Source: Paraspadella gotoi
Lineage: Eukaryota; Animalia; Chaetognatha
Direction of reading: 5' to 3'
Assembly (NCBI GenBank): GCA_051294375.1
Contig: CM119270.1
Coordinates: 19,347,572 to 19,411,571 of the forward strand
DNA: 64,000 nucleotides
Under the pieces are notes generated by a model, which did no database searches, was not told the origin of the DNA, and saw nothing but the letters and a program-made list of their open reading frames with translations. The translations under genes were made by a program, and so were the position numbers. Of this stretch, positions 1 to 12,321 are shown one piece after another (position 1 is the stretch's first letter; every line of letters begins with the position of its first letter).

Positions 1-360
1 GAGGCGTCAAGTTGAAAAATGTCGACCGAACGTGAGAGTGAAGAGAGAGAGACGTTGAGGAGAGAGAGGTTGTGGAGAGAGAGGATGAGGAAAGAGAGGT
101 TAAGGAGAGAGAGTATGAGGAGAGAGAGGATGAGGAGAAAGAGAAGGAGGTGAGGGAAAGGGAATAGTAGATAAGGGAAAAGATGAGAAAGGAAATAAAG
201 AGAAAGAAATAAAAAAGGAAAAAGGAAAAAAGAAAATTAAAAGAAGAAGGAACCGGAAAAAATGGGAAAAGTTTACCAGTGGATATCGAATCCCATTGTT
301 TTAATTTCATCAATTTATTAATATTATAACAAATTTTAAAAAAGATATCCATTGAATTAA

Positions 361-538
361 TGAAATTGATACAACCAATGAAAAAACTATCCATTCATTT
401 AATAAATAAGCTATCGTGCCCCTGATTTTGGACAGGCTTTGTTGGTTCCTGCAGGTCCCTGCAAGCTTTTAATCAAGACTCTCTCACAGTCTTGTGTAAT
501 CAATCCCAGAGTACCTGGCTTTCCTATCAATGAAGTGA
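361..538 (+). repeat. Dispersed ~200-bp repeat family, copy 1
   Basis: TGAAATTG..ACAACCAAT..TATCCATTCATTTAATAAATAAGCTATC..CAAGACTCTCTCACAGTC..GAGTACCTGGC..CAATGAAGTG, shared with 12112-12321 and 39708-39917. Confidence 0.8.
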
Positions 539-1897
539 TTATATTATTATTATTATTATTATTATAATATTAATATGCGAGACAAAAACAGAAGAATCAT
601 AGAAAGATAAAAATATTGGAAGAGAAAGCTCAAAGGTGAAATCTCTCTCTCTCTCTTTCCCTATAAACAGTAAGAGAAGCGGGGGCATCAGGCGGAATCG
701 GGAGGCATCAGGTGGCATCAGGTGGCATCAAACGGCATCAGGATAGAGAGAGAGATAATCAGCAGGCGAGGAGAGGAAACGAACGACCTCATGCGGCGAG
801 AAAAAACGAATCGATTTTCGGTGACGAATTTTCAGCCAAAATTCATTCAAAGCTCAAGTTTTTTTTTCTTTTTTTTCTTTCTTTTTTTTTTTTTGATTTG
901 AAATCTTTTTTGTTCTTCGCCGGCAGATTATTTGTTCCTGTCGTCGTCGTCGTCGTCGTCGTCGTCTTTTGTTAGAAATCAGCCTTTTATTTCGCTTTTT
1001 TGCCAAATTTGACAAAAATGAAAAGGGCAGGGGAAAACAGGGGAGAAAAGGGGAGAAAAGGGAAAGGACTTGATTGGGGAGGAACGAAAAGGAAAGGAAA
1101 GGAAAGAAAAGAAAAAAAAGGAAAGAAAAGAAAAGGAAAGGAAAATGAGAAACGAAGAAAAAGAAAGGAAGGGGATAAGTTAAAGATTTTTCGAAGAACC
1201 GCAGTTGAAGAGTTTTACTTGGCGTAAGGTAATCTTTTCTGTAATGCAGATATGGAATATGGCAAAGCGCATTAAAACGCTAGGGTAAGTCGAATCACGA
1301 ATAAAATGTAAAAAATATGGGTGAGTAACGCCCCTTGAAAGGCGAGGGGTAAGGACGGGCGAGGTGAGTCCTTCGAATAAACGGGACGGAAATCCTTCGC
1401 GCCTGAATTTCTGAGTTGAAGAAATGAATCGTGAATTTTATTTCATCGATCCAAAGATGAAAAGAAGAAAATATTTTTTATCTCGAGTCACAGAAAAAAA
1501 GGCTCACGTTTCACGGGCGAAGGTTTTGTGTCGTCACGTTATATGCTGCAGTCGAGAGCCTCTTGCCGCAGTTGCTGTCAACGATATTGCCGCATTAGAG
1601 GAGCTTCTAAGGGAGATTTAAGGGGAGAGTATCCTTCGTAAGCCTTTGCTCAAACAATTAGTTTATAGAAACCAATTTTAAGCGACAACAAGAAATAATA
1701 AAAACTTATTCCTCGATTTTGAAAAGAAATTTGAGCAATGTTCTTGTATGAATCAGACCGTTACGATGTACAGTAAAAAGGCTTAATACCATGAAATTGG
1801 AAGCCTTAATATGTTTGAATATTCACTTGTTTGTATGTTTACTAGAGTGTACTGTCATTTACGAAAGAAAAAAATAAGTTGAAATTTACAGCTAAAC

Positions 1898-1903
1898 TTT
1901 ATT
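1898..1903 (-). promoter_or_regulatory. Candidate polyadenylation signal of the calmodulin-like gene
   Basis: AATAAA on the minus strand ~230 nt after the stop codon, beyond a (CT)n tract. Confidence 0.4.
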
Positions 1904-1957
1904 GTGTCATTAACTAAGAATATCATTTTCCAAAAAAAAGTAAAAAGAAAAAATATT

Positions 1958-2092
<135 letters not shown>

Positions 2093-2131
2093 AGAGAGAG
2101 AGAGAGGAGCCTCCACGCCCAGTCCTCTCCT

Positions 2132-2287
2132 TCATTTCTTTTTGCCTCCTTTTCCTCCGCCGCCGCGGCCGCCGCCTCCGCCGCCGGCGGTCTCCGCAGC
2201 TGGACCATAGCTGCCCTCGACGACCTGAACACCTCCGCCGGTCATCATCTCCACGAACTCGTTGAAGTCTATGATGCCGTTTCCGTC
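2132..2287 (-). CDS. Calmodulin-like protein, exon 5 (EF-hand 4 plus Gly/Lys tail, stop)
   Basis: Acceptor ATCCAG|. Encodes DGNGIIDFNEFVEMMTGGGVQVVEGSYGPAAETAGGGGGGRGGGGKGGKKK*, with TGA at 2134-2132. Confidence 0.9.
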   Translation of the reverse strand, partial: DGNGIIDFNEFVEMMTGGGVQVVEGSYGPAAETAGGGGGGRGGGGKGGKKK

Positions 2288-2299
2288 CTGGATTTATTG

Positions 2300-2377
<78 letters not shown>

Positions 2378-2651
2378 CGATTGATTGATTGATTGATTGA
2401 TTATATGAAAAATATGTTTGATAAATCGTAATAGGTTGATTGAAGGATCGATTAACTGATTGTTTGATTAATTAATTAATAATTAATCATTGAATTGACT
2501 GATCTAGTAAATAATCGTTTAACGTATTAATTGATTGTTTTATTACTAGATTGTTTGGTTTATTGATTGATTGATTTATTGATTTATTGACTGATGGATC
2601 GAATAATTTAATGATTGGTTTATTGATTGATTGATTGGCCGATTCTTCCAC

Positions 2652-2739
2652 CTTGTCCGCCTCTCTTATCATCTCTTCAACTTCTTCGTCGGTCAAAACT
2701 TCGCCCAGCGTCGTCATCACGTGACGCAATTCCTCTGCG
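2652..2739 (-). CDS. Calmodulin-like protein, exon 4
   Basis: Encodes (S)[29 protein letters not shown]. Acceptor ATTCAG|, donor AAG|GTGGAA, phase 2-0. Confidence 0.93.
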
Positions 2740-3043
2740 CTGAATCAGGAGATGAATTCGGAAATGAATGCGAGGAATGAGGAGATGAATGCGGAGACGA
2801 ATGAGGAGATGAATGCGGAGATGAATGCGAAGAGAAATATCGACAGGAGAATGAATGTGAATTGTGTTATGGTGGAATGAGACTTTAAATATAAGTCGAT
2901 TATTCAAAATATGAGAAATTTATTTAAAAAATATTAAGTTTGATACATAAAATAGTAAGTTTGAATATCAGAGCGAAATTGAAAAAAAACCCTGGTTTCC
3001 TCAAAAAATGCCTCATTGCCAACCATCGCTCCCAATTGTACTT

Positions 3044-3075
<32 letters not shown>

Positions 3076-3117
3076 CTACATCAACAACAACGACGACGAC
3101 GACAACAACAACCCTAC

Positions 3118-3273
3118 CTGATGTATCCGTCTCCGTCCTGATCGAAAATCTTAAAAGCCTCACGAAGTTCGTCCACAGAATCCACTTCCTTCAACTTCTT
3201 CGCCATCATCGCCAGGAAGGCGTCGAAGTCGATGTAGCCCTGACCCGTCTCGTCTGCTTCGTTCACCATGTCT
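3118..3273 (-). CDS. Calmodulin-like protein, exon 3 (EF-hand 2, central linker, start of EF-hand 3)
   Basis: Encodes (R)[51 protein letters not shown](S). Acceptor ACAAG|, donor AG|GTAGGG, phase 2-2. Confidence 0.93.
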
Positions 3274-4210
3274 CTTGTGGGGTTTTTTTTTGGGGGGGGA
3301 AGTGATTGTTTGATTGGTTTATTTATTCGAGTGATTGAGAGAATGATTGATTGATTGGCGGATTGATTCGAGTGATTGAGAGAATGATTGATTGATTGGC
3401 GGATTGATTCGAGTGTTTGAAGGAATTGATTGATTGGATTGGATTGATTTGAGGCAGTGATTTTGATTTGAGTATTTTCAACAATGAAATTGAAACTTAA
3501 ATAACTATTATTTCTTTTTTTCCCACTGATAAATATGAAACACTCTTTCTTTAAAAAAACGGTTGGCTATAGTTATCTTCTCCTTATAACATAGAACTCA
3601 TGAAATTTCTATGCTTTCAAAATACGGTAAGACATGATTTCTTTTACGACAATCATTCTAATTACGGTATCTGCCATAACTAAGATGAAACTAAAACGAT
3701 TTTTCATGGTAAGGGGAACTTTTTAAAGATTAAATTGCTCGTCAGATCTATCGCGTTTTTTAGATATACTACTGCTTAGGCAAAACAATGGCACGGTATA
3801 TTTTAAAACTGTTTTCCTTTTTTTATCCACTATTTTTTTCTCTCTTGAACCTTCTCTCTGTCTCTTTCTTTTTCTCTCTGTCTTTCTCTCCCTTTCTACT
3901 ACTTTTCTGTCCTCATATTTCTCTGTGTCATCCCTTTTTTCTTCCTTAACCTTTATTTCCCTTCCTATCAATCTCTGTTTTTCTCTCCTCTCTGATTCTC
4001 TTTCTTCCCTGTTTTCTTATCTTTTCTTTTCTCTCAATTGTTCTCGTTTCCCCCCTTCTCCCCCATATATTAATTTCTTTCCACTCTTTTTCCCTCTCCC
4101 TTCAATTTTTTTCACCCATTCTCTCTCTTCTCTCATTCTTTTTCTCATTCTTACAATGTAAGAAAAAAAATCTAGGGTAGTGTATGATTTTAGCGGAAGT
4201 TTGGTTGCCA

Positions 4211-4287
4211 AGCAGATTTAAAAAATCGACAGATTTTTGCGGAAATTTTTTCCGCAAAACCTGTCGATTGAGAGAAATTAATCTGCT
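4211..4287. repeat. Palindrome/hairpin in intron 2 of the calmodulin-like gene
   Basis: AATCGACAG..TTTTGCGGAAA pairs with TTTCCGCAAAA..CTGTCGATT, with outer arms AGCAGATT/AATCTGCT. Confidence 0.8.
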
Positions 4288-5087
4288 GACGCTTCCCCTT
4301 TCAATAAAAGAAGGCGGTTTTTTTTAATTCGTCAACTTTAGTATGTTTCTCAGCTATTAAAACTATAAAATAATTCAAAAACCGAGTTTTAGTTCAAATA
4401 AAACGCTCCTCACAAATCCTCACAAATTAAAAGTAGGCTTAAAATTTTTTTTTCCAGCTAAAGTATTAAATATTTTGCCCTAATTTTTTAGGTACCAGAA
4501 GCACCAACAATGGGGAATATTTGATTAGAATTGTGGACATTTTGAAGTATTTTCGTTTAACAAATTGTAATAAAATGTAAAAATGTAAGTTTTTGACTAG
4601 TCAATTTAAAAATTAATTCATAGGCAAACAATAGATGATTAACATCAAATGAACCAACTCAGAGGTAAAGAAGATAAGAAGAACCCAAAGCCAGAGTAAA
4701 AAATTTTTCTTCAATGATCTTGGCATTCAAATCTCAACACAAAAGTCAAAATGGACAAAAATGGACATAATTTTTTTTATTAAAAATAGCAAAAAAGTCA
4801 TTGATTCTTAATTAGAAAATGCAGCAGAGGATTTCAATTAATCCGTAGTCTAGCCAACTTTGTCTTAGAGTTAAAATTTAATCATTTTTGTTGGTAATAT
4901 TCTAACAATATTGAAAAAAGTGTTTTTTTTTTGCTAAATTCCTAGATAGAAATCACTGCCTTGAATGATTGATTGATGGTTTCGATTTTTTGGGTTTCGT
5001 TTATTTAATTATTCAATGATTGATTGACTGATTTGTTCCTTCAATTATGGATGTGTTGATTTAATGATTAATTGATTGTTAATCAAT

Positions 5088-5119
<32 letters not shown>

Positions 5120-5153
5120 ATGAAAATAAACGCCGCCCCCCTCCCACTTTTAC

Positions 5154-5248
5154 CTGAGCTCGGCTTCCGTCGGATTTTGACCCAATGACCTCATTACTGT
5201 CCCGAGTTCGACGGTCGTGATTCGTCCGTCGCCGTCTCGATCGAACAA
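5154..5248 (-). CDS. Calmodulin-like protein, exon 2 (EF-hand 1)
   Basis: Acceptor TTTTTCTCAG|. Encodes [31 protein letters not shown](R), nearly identical to calmodulin. Donor AG|GTAAAA, phase 2. Confidence 0.95.
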
Positions 5249-5624
5249 CTGAGAAAAATTAAAAGTGGGGGGAAGGAATCCGGAAGGTCGAGCGTTCGAA
5301 TCCATCCTGAGCAACGACCGAAGCGATAAAATAAAGAGACATGACAGAAAAAGACACGACATTGAATTGGCTGGCACCGACTGGCAGAAGGACAGACTGA
5401 TTGACGGAAAGAGACAAAGACAGACGGTTAAATAGACATAAACTCTGATATAATGTCAGACAAACGCAACAAATACTGATAAATCTAACTTTGTCCCGTT
5501 GAGTCGCGACTCATCGATGCCTTACAATGAGCTACATTCCATTCCAGTCGCTCGTCCGGGATCTCCTCTTCCTCACCCTTATCCTGCCTTACCCCAATCC
5601 TCTTCGCCTTACCCTCGACCTCAC

Positions 5625-5813
5625 CTTAAAAGCCTCTCGAAATTCCCTGACTTGATCCGGCGAGAGTTCCTTGATCAGCTCCTGATGTTCCGCTCTCTTC
5701 TTCGCCCGCGGATCGTCGTGTTTCTTCGTCGGTTTCGGCGCTGGATTCGCGGCGCGTCGCGACGGCTGCGGGGGCTGCTGCGGGGGCTGAGGCTGCGGCG
5801 GCGGCGGCGGCAT
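5625..5813 (-). CDS. Calmodulin-like EF-hand protein, coding exon 1 of 5 (gene = join 5813-5625, 5248-5154, 3273-3118, 2739-2652, 2287-2132; 684 nt, 227 aa)
   Basis: ATG at 5813. Encodes MPPPPPQPQPPQQPP...ELSPDQVREFREAFK, matching CaM helix A (QLTEEQIAEFKEAFS). Donor AAG|GTGAGG, phase 0. Confidence 0.85.
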
Positions 5814-6204
5814 TTCCGGGAAATGACGAATGGACCGAGGGGATGCGAGGTTAGATTTGGTTGATGTGAGGGGCAGAAAAAAAAATAAGAAAAAAAAAGA
5901 AAGAAATTCTAATGTTTAAAAATCGTAAATATTTTGCATCGGCTAATTTGGAATTTTACGCTCGAGTTTTATTCGATTGCCGAGTAAAAAAAAAATTGTT
6001 TCGACGTATTGTGGTTTAATAATTGAATAGTTGAGTGGAAATTTATATTCATAAACTAATTATTTAACTACATTGTGTCCTTTGATCCGTTGACTTACTT
6101 TCTTTCAAATCCTTACCCTCCTTACAATTTCGAGCCCGAGAAAAACATCGAAAGGGAAAGTTAAATATCGAGCGTCGTAAGGAGATGAAGGCAAAAACCG
6201 AAGC

Positions 6205-6375
6205 AGAACGTCGATGCTGAATGCTGACGACAAATGCTGACGCCGAATGTCGATGCTGAATGTGTACGCCGACTCTAAAAGCCAATGCCGAAAGTCGATG
6301 CTAAATACCGAACCCTTATGCCATCGCCAAATACCCACACCAAATGCGAAATGCCGATGCTGAATGCCGACGCGA
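6205..6375. repeat. Degenerate minisatellite (GATGCTGAATGCCGAC-like units)
   Basis: Repeated ATGCTGA/ATGCCGA units. Confidence 0.6.
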
Positions 6376-6534
6376 AATCCATTCAAAGTTTATCGTCCAT
6401 CGGAAAATCGTAAAAAAAAANNNNNNNNNNNNNNNNNNNNNNNNNAATGTTGCGTTCGTGAGATCCGTATGATCGTGAGACTTGATTCGTGAATCGTGAA
6501 GTGAATCCAAGATCGATTCTCACAAAAAAACTCG

Positions 6535-9140
6535 ATCTTAACAAGAAAAAAAATCACTTTTTGACAGAGAAAAGAAAAAGGAAATTAAACGTAGTTTTTT
6601 TATTCCTTATTTCAACCTTACTTTTTCCTTTTTTCTCCTTATTTCAAATCTTCCTCTTCCTTTTTTACTTCTCCATTTATTTCGGTATCCCATTTCGCTT
6701 CTTTTTTCTCCTCAATTATTGGCCTCAGAGAAACGACATCGCAAATTGACCTTTTCCCTTCCTTTCCCTTCTTTTCCCTTCTTTTCCCTTCTTTTCCCTT
6801 CTTTTCCCTTCTTTTCCCTTCTTTTCCCTTCTTTTGCCACTTTGCTTTTAAGACCTTCGTTTTGATATTGGGCATTTTAGTAGCTTTCTTATTTCTTCTT
6901 CTTTACCGATTATTTCTACATTGTTTTCAAATTTTATATTGTGTTATAACTTACAACAACGTAAGCTTACTCTTTATCTTTATTCTCTCCTTCCAAACAA
7001 AGCGTTCCCCCCCTCCCTTACCCCCTCCACTCCCCCCTCCACTCCCCCCCTCCACTCTCCCCCTCCACTCCCCCCCCACTTTTCTTCCCGATTCCCAACA
7101 TAAAAAAGTAAATAAATATAACATATAAATATTTTCGCAATAAAACTTCCTCCTTCCCCGGGCGGCCGAGCTACTCCCCCCCTTGCCCCCCCCCTAAGCG
7201 AAACGGCGAAGGATTTTTCTGACGTCGAATTTTTCGGTTCGAAGGGAAAAAAAATCGGCGTCGGATTTATGGCCAAAGGACCTGCGTTTATCGCCGCCAG
7301 GGGGACGTGGGGTGGGGCAGGGGGAGAAAACATGGAAGGAAAAAATGGAAAGAGAGAAAATGGAGAGAATGAATAATGGGATGAAAGAAAAGGGGAAAGA
7401 AAATGGAAAGAATGAAATGGAGAAGAAAGAAGACTAAGTATGACTGAAGATTAGAAAAATGAACAATGTTAAAAACACCGAAGTAAAACGAAAAGATTAT
7501 GATTGATTGATTCAAGAAAATAACGAAAAATACAAAAAAAGCAATAACAATAGTATATATAATTTATATATTATATTATTATATATTTAATATTTATATT
7601 TATATTTATTTATTTTATATTTTTTTTATTATTTATATTATATTATAAACGCGGAGAGAAACGCATAGACGCGATAAGAAAAAATCTCGAATACGAAAAA
7701 GGAATATAAAGTCAAGTCACAAAAAAAATATACGAGGAAGGAGCTTTGCAGAATAAACGACGACAACGACAACAACAACAACAACAACAACAACCACAGA
7801 AGAGTCGGAAACGCAGAAACTGCGACTACTATCTTAACAAGAAAAAAAAATCACTTTTTGACGAGAAAAGGAAAAGGAAATTAAACGTAGTTTTTTTATT
7901 CCTTATTTCAACCTTCCTTTTCCTTTTTTTCTCCTTATTTCAAATCTTCCTCTTCCTTTTTTACTTCTCCATTTATTTCGTATCCCATTTCGCCTTCTTT
8001 TTTTCCCTCAATTATTGGCCTCAGAGAAACGACATCGCAATTGACCTTTCCCTTCCTTTCCCTTCTTTTCCCTTCTTTTCCCTTCTTTTCCCTTCTTTTC
8101 CCTTCTTTTCCCTTCTTTTCCCTTCTTTTCCACTTTGCTTTTAAGACCTTCGTTTTGATATTGGGCATTTTAGTAGCTTTCTTATTTCTTCTTCCCTTTA
8201 CCAATTCATTTCTACATTGTTTTCAAATTTTATATTGTGTTATAACTTACAACAACGTAAGCTTACCTTCTTATCTTATATCTCTCCTTCCAAACAAAGC
8301 GTTCCCCCCCTCCCTTACGCCCCTCCACTCCCCCCTCCACTCCCCCCCTCCACTCTCCCCCTCCACTCCCCCCCCACTTTTTCCATTACCCCACACCAAC
8401 AAAAATAAATAAATATAACATATAAATATTTTCGCAATAAAACTTCCTCCTTCCCCGGGCGGCCGAGCTACTCCCCCCTGCCCCCCCCCTAAGCGAAACG
8501 GCGAAGGATTTTTCTGACGTCGAATTTTTCGGTTCGAAGGGAAAAAAAATCGGCGTCGGATTTATGGCCAAAGGACCTGCGTTTATCGCCGCCAGGGGGA
8601 CGTGGGGGTGGGGCAGGGGGAGAAAAATGGAAGGAAAAAAATGGAAAGAGAGAAAATGGAGAGAATGAATAATGGGATGAAAGAAAAGGGGAAAGAAAAT
8701 GGAAAGAATGAAATGGAGAAAGAAAGAACTAAGTATGACTGAAGATTAGGAAAAAATGAACAATGTTAAAAACACCGAAGTAAAACGAAAAGATTATTGA
8801 TTGATTGATTCAAGAAAATAACGAAAAATACAAAAAAAGCAATAAAAATAGTATATATAATTTATATATTATATTATTTATATTTATATTATATTATTTA
8901 TATTTATATTTATATTTAATTTATATTTTATATTTTTTTATATTTATATTATATTATAAACGCGGAGAGAAACGCATAGACGCGATAAGAAAAAATCTCG
9001 AATACGAAAAAGGAATATAAAGTCAAGTCACAAAAAAAATATACGAGGAAGGAGCTTTGCAGAATAAACGACGACAACGACAACAACAACAACAACAACA
9101 ACAACCACAGAAGAGTCGGAAACGCAGAAACTGCGACTAC
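6535..9140. repeat. ~1.3-kb tandem duplication (6535-7830 and 7831-9140)
   Basis: Both units start ATCTTAACAAGAAAAAAAA and end AAACTGCGACTAC, and differ mainly by small indels. The duplication starts 90 nt after a 25-N gap. Confidence 0.9.
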
Positions 9141-11127
9141 AAAATAAACGACTACAACAACGACAACAACAACAACAACGACAACAAAAGAAACATTCGT
9201 TCGCTCAATGCGTTTTCTTCGCTAATGTCCCCGTCGCTTCGCGAACTGCCCTCGCCGTTAGACGGCGTGTGAGAGAGGAGGAGAGAGAGAGCAGACGAGT
9301 CGAGAGGAGTGGAGAGAGAGATTTCGAAGAGAGGAGATGAGACGAGATGAGAGGTGGATGAGAGAGGAGATGAGGAGGAGAGAGAGAGACGTAGAGAGGA
9401 GGTCGTTTCATTCAAAGTCTCCTCCTTCGTCTCCTTTTCGCCTTTTTTTTCCTTCTTTTTCCTCCGGTCAAAAAAACGGGAACACGCCACGCCCACTTAA
9501 GCAGCGTCGAGTCTCCCTTATGACGTCACCTCACGAGTTTCACGGGCGTCAAAATTTTTGGGAAATCCCGCGTGGGGGTCGTTTTCGGGGACGCCCTGAC
9601 CGTCACGGGCGTTGACAAATGGCTGAGAGTAGGATAGGGAGGAAAGGAGAGAGTAAAGAGGAGGAAAGGAGAGAGGAAAAAGAGGAAAGAAGGGAGGAAA
9701 GAGGTAGAAAGGATTGAGGAAAGGGAGGAAAGGAACTTAAAATCTGGAACACTCTAATAACCGGAGATCCTCTCAACAACCGGGGTCTCCAAGCAACCGG
9801 GGACTCGTGGTTTTTTTTGTTTTGTTTTGGTCGTCGACGTCATTAGCCTTCGCGACGAAAGAGTAATTGTCGCCAGTCGCCAGGCGTCAGGCGTCGCCAT
9901 GCGTCGGGAGGCGTCAGGCGTCGTTTACGTCCGATGTTGTGATGTTTACGTTGCTTGGCGGTGAGGCGGTGAGGCGGTGAGGCGATGAGGTCGGTGTGAG
10001 ACTGTGAATGTTTGTGGTCGGGAATTGAAGGAAATCATTCGATACGATGGATGAAGCAGAAAAAAAAAAGTCGAACCGATAAATCTAACAATCACGATCT
10101 AACAAATTCACAAAGTAACCAATATATATATATACTTCTATCCTCGAAGAGAGGAAAGAACCAGCCAACCAATTCACCCCATCAGACCAACCAACTAGTC
10201 AATTATACGAACAAACTAATTCCCAACCTAAATATATATTTAAAATTATTAATTTCCTTTTTATTAAATTGACATCGAGGATTCACGCGTGAAACGTTTT
10301 TCTCTCACTGAATGTGTCAGTGATTCTGCGCCACTAGAAATGGCGTCTTGTCACGGAATTGACGTTGCGCCACGTGAGACTAATGGAATCTCGAGGGGAA
10401 AATGAAGGCTGGAATCCGTTTCGCGTAAAGTCAAGGCCGTTGTTGTCGTTATTGTCGTCGTCGTCGTTGTTGTCGTCGTCGTTGTCGTCCCCCTTTGGTT
10501 TTAAATAATGGAAAAGGAGTAAACAAGAATATAAAAAAAATTGAGGGCGAAAAGAATTTAGAGAAAAGGATGTAATAAATAACATCAATAAAAAAGAACT
10601 ATAAAAAAATAAAAACCGAAACGAAAATCAATAAATTTAAAATAAAAGAAATATATATATTGTTAAAAAAAGAGTTTGAAATCGTAAAAATGAGAATTCA
10701 AGGAGATTTCTTGTCAAATTCTCTTCTTTGTCCTTCGGCTTCTGTTGGTAGAAAGAAGTGGAAATAAGCTGATAGAAAAGGAAATGAGTGGATGGTAGTG
10801 GAAAAAAATGGAAAGAAGTGGAAAAAAGTGAAAGTAAAGTGAAAATTTCGAAAAAAGAAAAATGAGGATAAAATGGAAAGAAGTAGAAATTAGTGGAAAA
10901 AAAAGTGCAAAGACAAATATTCAAAGGATCGGAATGAATTGGAAAAAAAGAAGGTATGGAAAGAATAGGAAAGAAGGGGAAAAAACTCAGAAGAAATGGA
11001 AAAAACGGGTGGAGATATAAGAGTGAAAAGAAAATGTGGGGGAAGATTTAAGGGCAGAAAATAGAAAAACCAATTTGGGATTAAATTATGACGAGTAAAA
11101 AAAATCCTTGCGAGTTTCGAAATTGAA

Positions 11128-11221
<94 letters not shown>

Positions 11222-11770
11222 ATACAGAAAGTACAACCAGACGTAACAGATGAACACCAGAACGACGACGCCGCCGACGACGCCGACGACGACGACGACG
11301 ATGAAGACGAAGTTAATCGTTTCTTGATGACGTCACGGGATTTTTTTTTTAAGTCTAAACGCGAGAAACCGGAAGACGATGGCGCCACCGGGACGAAATC
11401 ACTGCGCCACCAGAACGAGATCTCCGCGTCACCAGAACCGGAACTGTGTGCCGCCAAGACGAGATCTCTGCGCCACCGAAAGGAAATCTTTGCGCCACTC
11501 CTATGAGACACTAGATTAACGCCTCCGCGTCACTTTACGCCATCAAGAAAACAAAGGAGCTAAAACAAAGATGGATCAAGATAAGAAATCCTTGAGGGTT
11601 TGAGCCCGCTGGTTCCGTGGTAGGAGAGGCAGTTCGGATTTCTTAAACGAAGCCCACTTTTCTCTGAGGACAAATCTTTCACGTCACAACGCTTCTCTTG
11701 TCCCTGCAGGCCCCGACTGACCCCGTAACGTTTATACTTTTTTTTAAAATACTATATTCTATTTAAACCA

Positions 11771-12012
11771 GAACGGAGATTCAAATGTGTGTTGCGCCGG
11801 ATTGCCTTTTCTAGTTGCGACTTTCTTAGACACGCCCTGCATCGGAATCTTGTCTTTTATTCTTTAAAGTTTTAGGATTTCTTAATGGCGGCGCTAGCAG
11901 TCACATTTGAGGTTTTTCTCCTGTCTTAACAAATTAAGAAGCAACAATCGGCGAGTTATCAGCATTTCTATCATAAGTGGGACGGATCGACGGACAGACA
12001 TACCGACATACC
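11771..12012 (-). mobile_element. Helentron-associated non-autonomous element (HINE/DINE-1-like), partial copy
   Basis: Colinear similarity to 32543-32885 (GAACGG..AATGTGTTGCGCCG; AAGTTTTAGGA..GGCGGCGCTAG..TTTGAGGT..CTGTCTTAACAAAT..AAGTGGGAC; GACG/GACA microsatellite). Confidence 0.55.
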
Positions 12013-12111
12013 TCACGAGGGTCAAGTTATTTCTGGATTCACGCTCTGAAAGAAGCTTAGAAGTTTTTTTTAAATTTTATGTCTAATGTTATTTTCATTT
12101 TATTTTATTTT

Positions 12112-12321
12112 ATGAAATTGGTACAACCAATATAAAAATTATCCATTCATTTAATAAATAAGCTATCTTGCCCCTGACTTTGGACAGGCTTTGGTGGTTT
12201 AAGGCCTCCATCACTCTTACAAGATAATGACATAGCATGTCCCTGCAAGCTTTCAATCAAGACTCTCTCACAGTCTCGTTTATTCACTCCCAGAGTACCT
12301 GGCTTCCCTAACAATGAAGTG
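12112..12321 (+). repeat. Dispersed ~200-bp repeat family, copy 2
   Basis: Colinear match to 361-538 with an extra internal segment. Confidence 0.8.
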
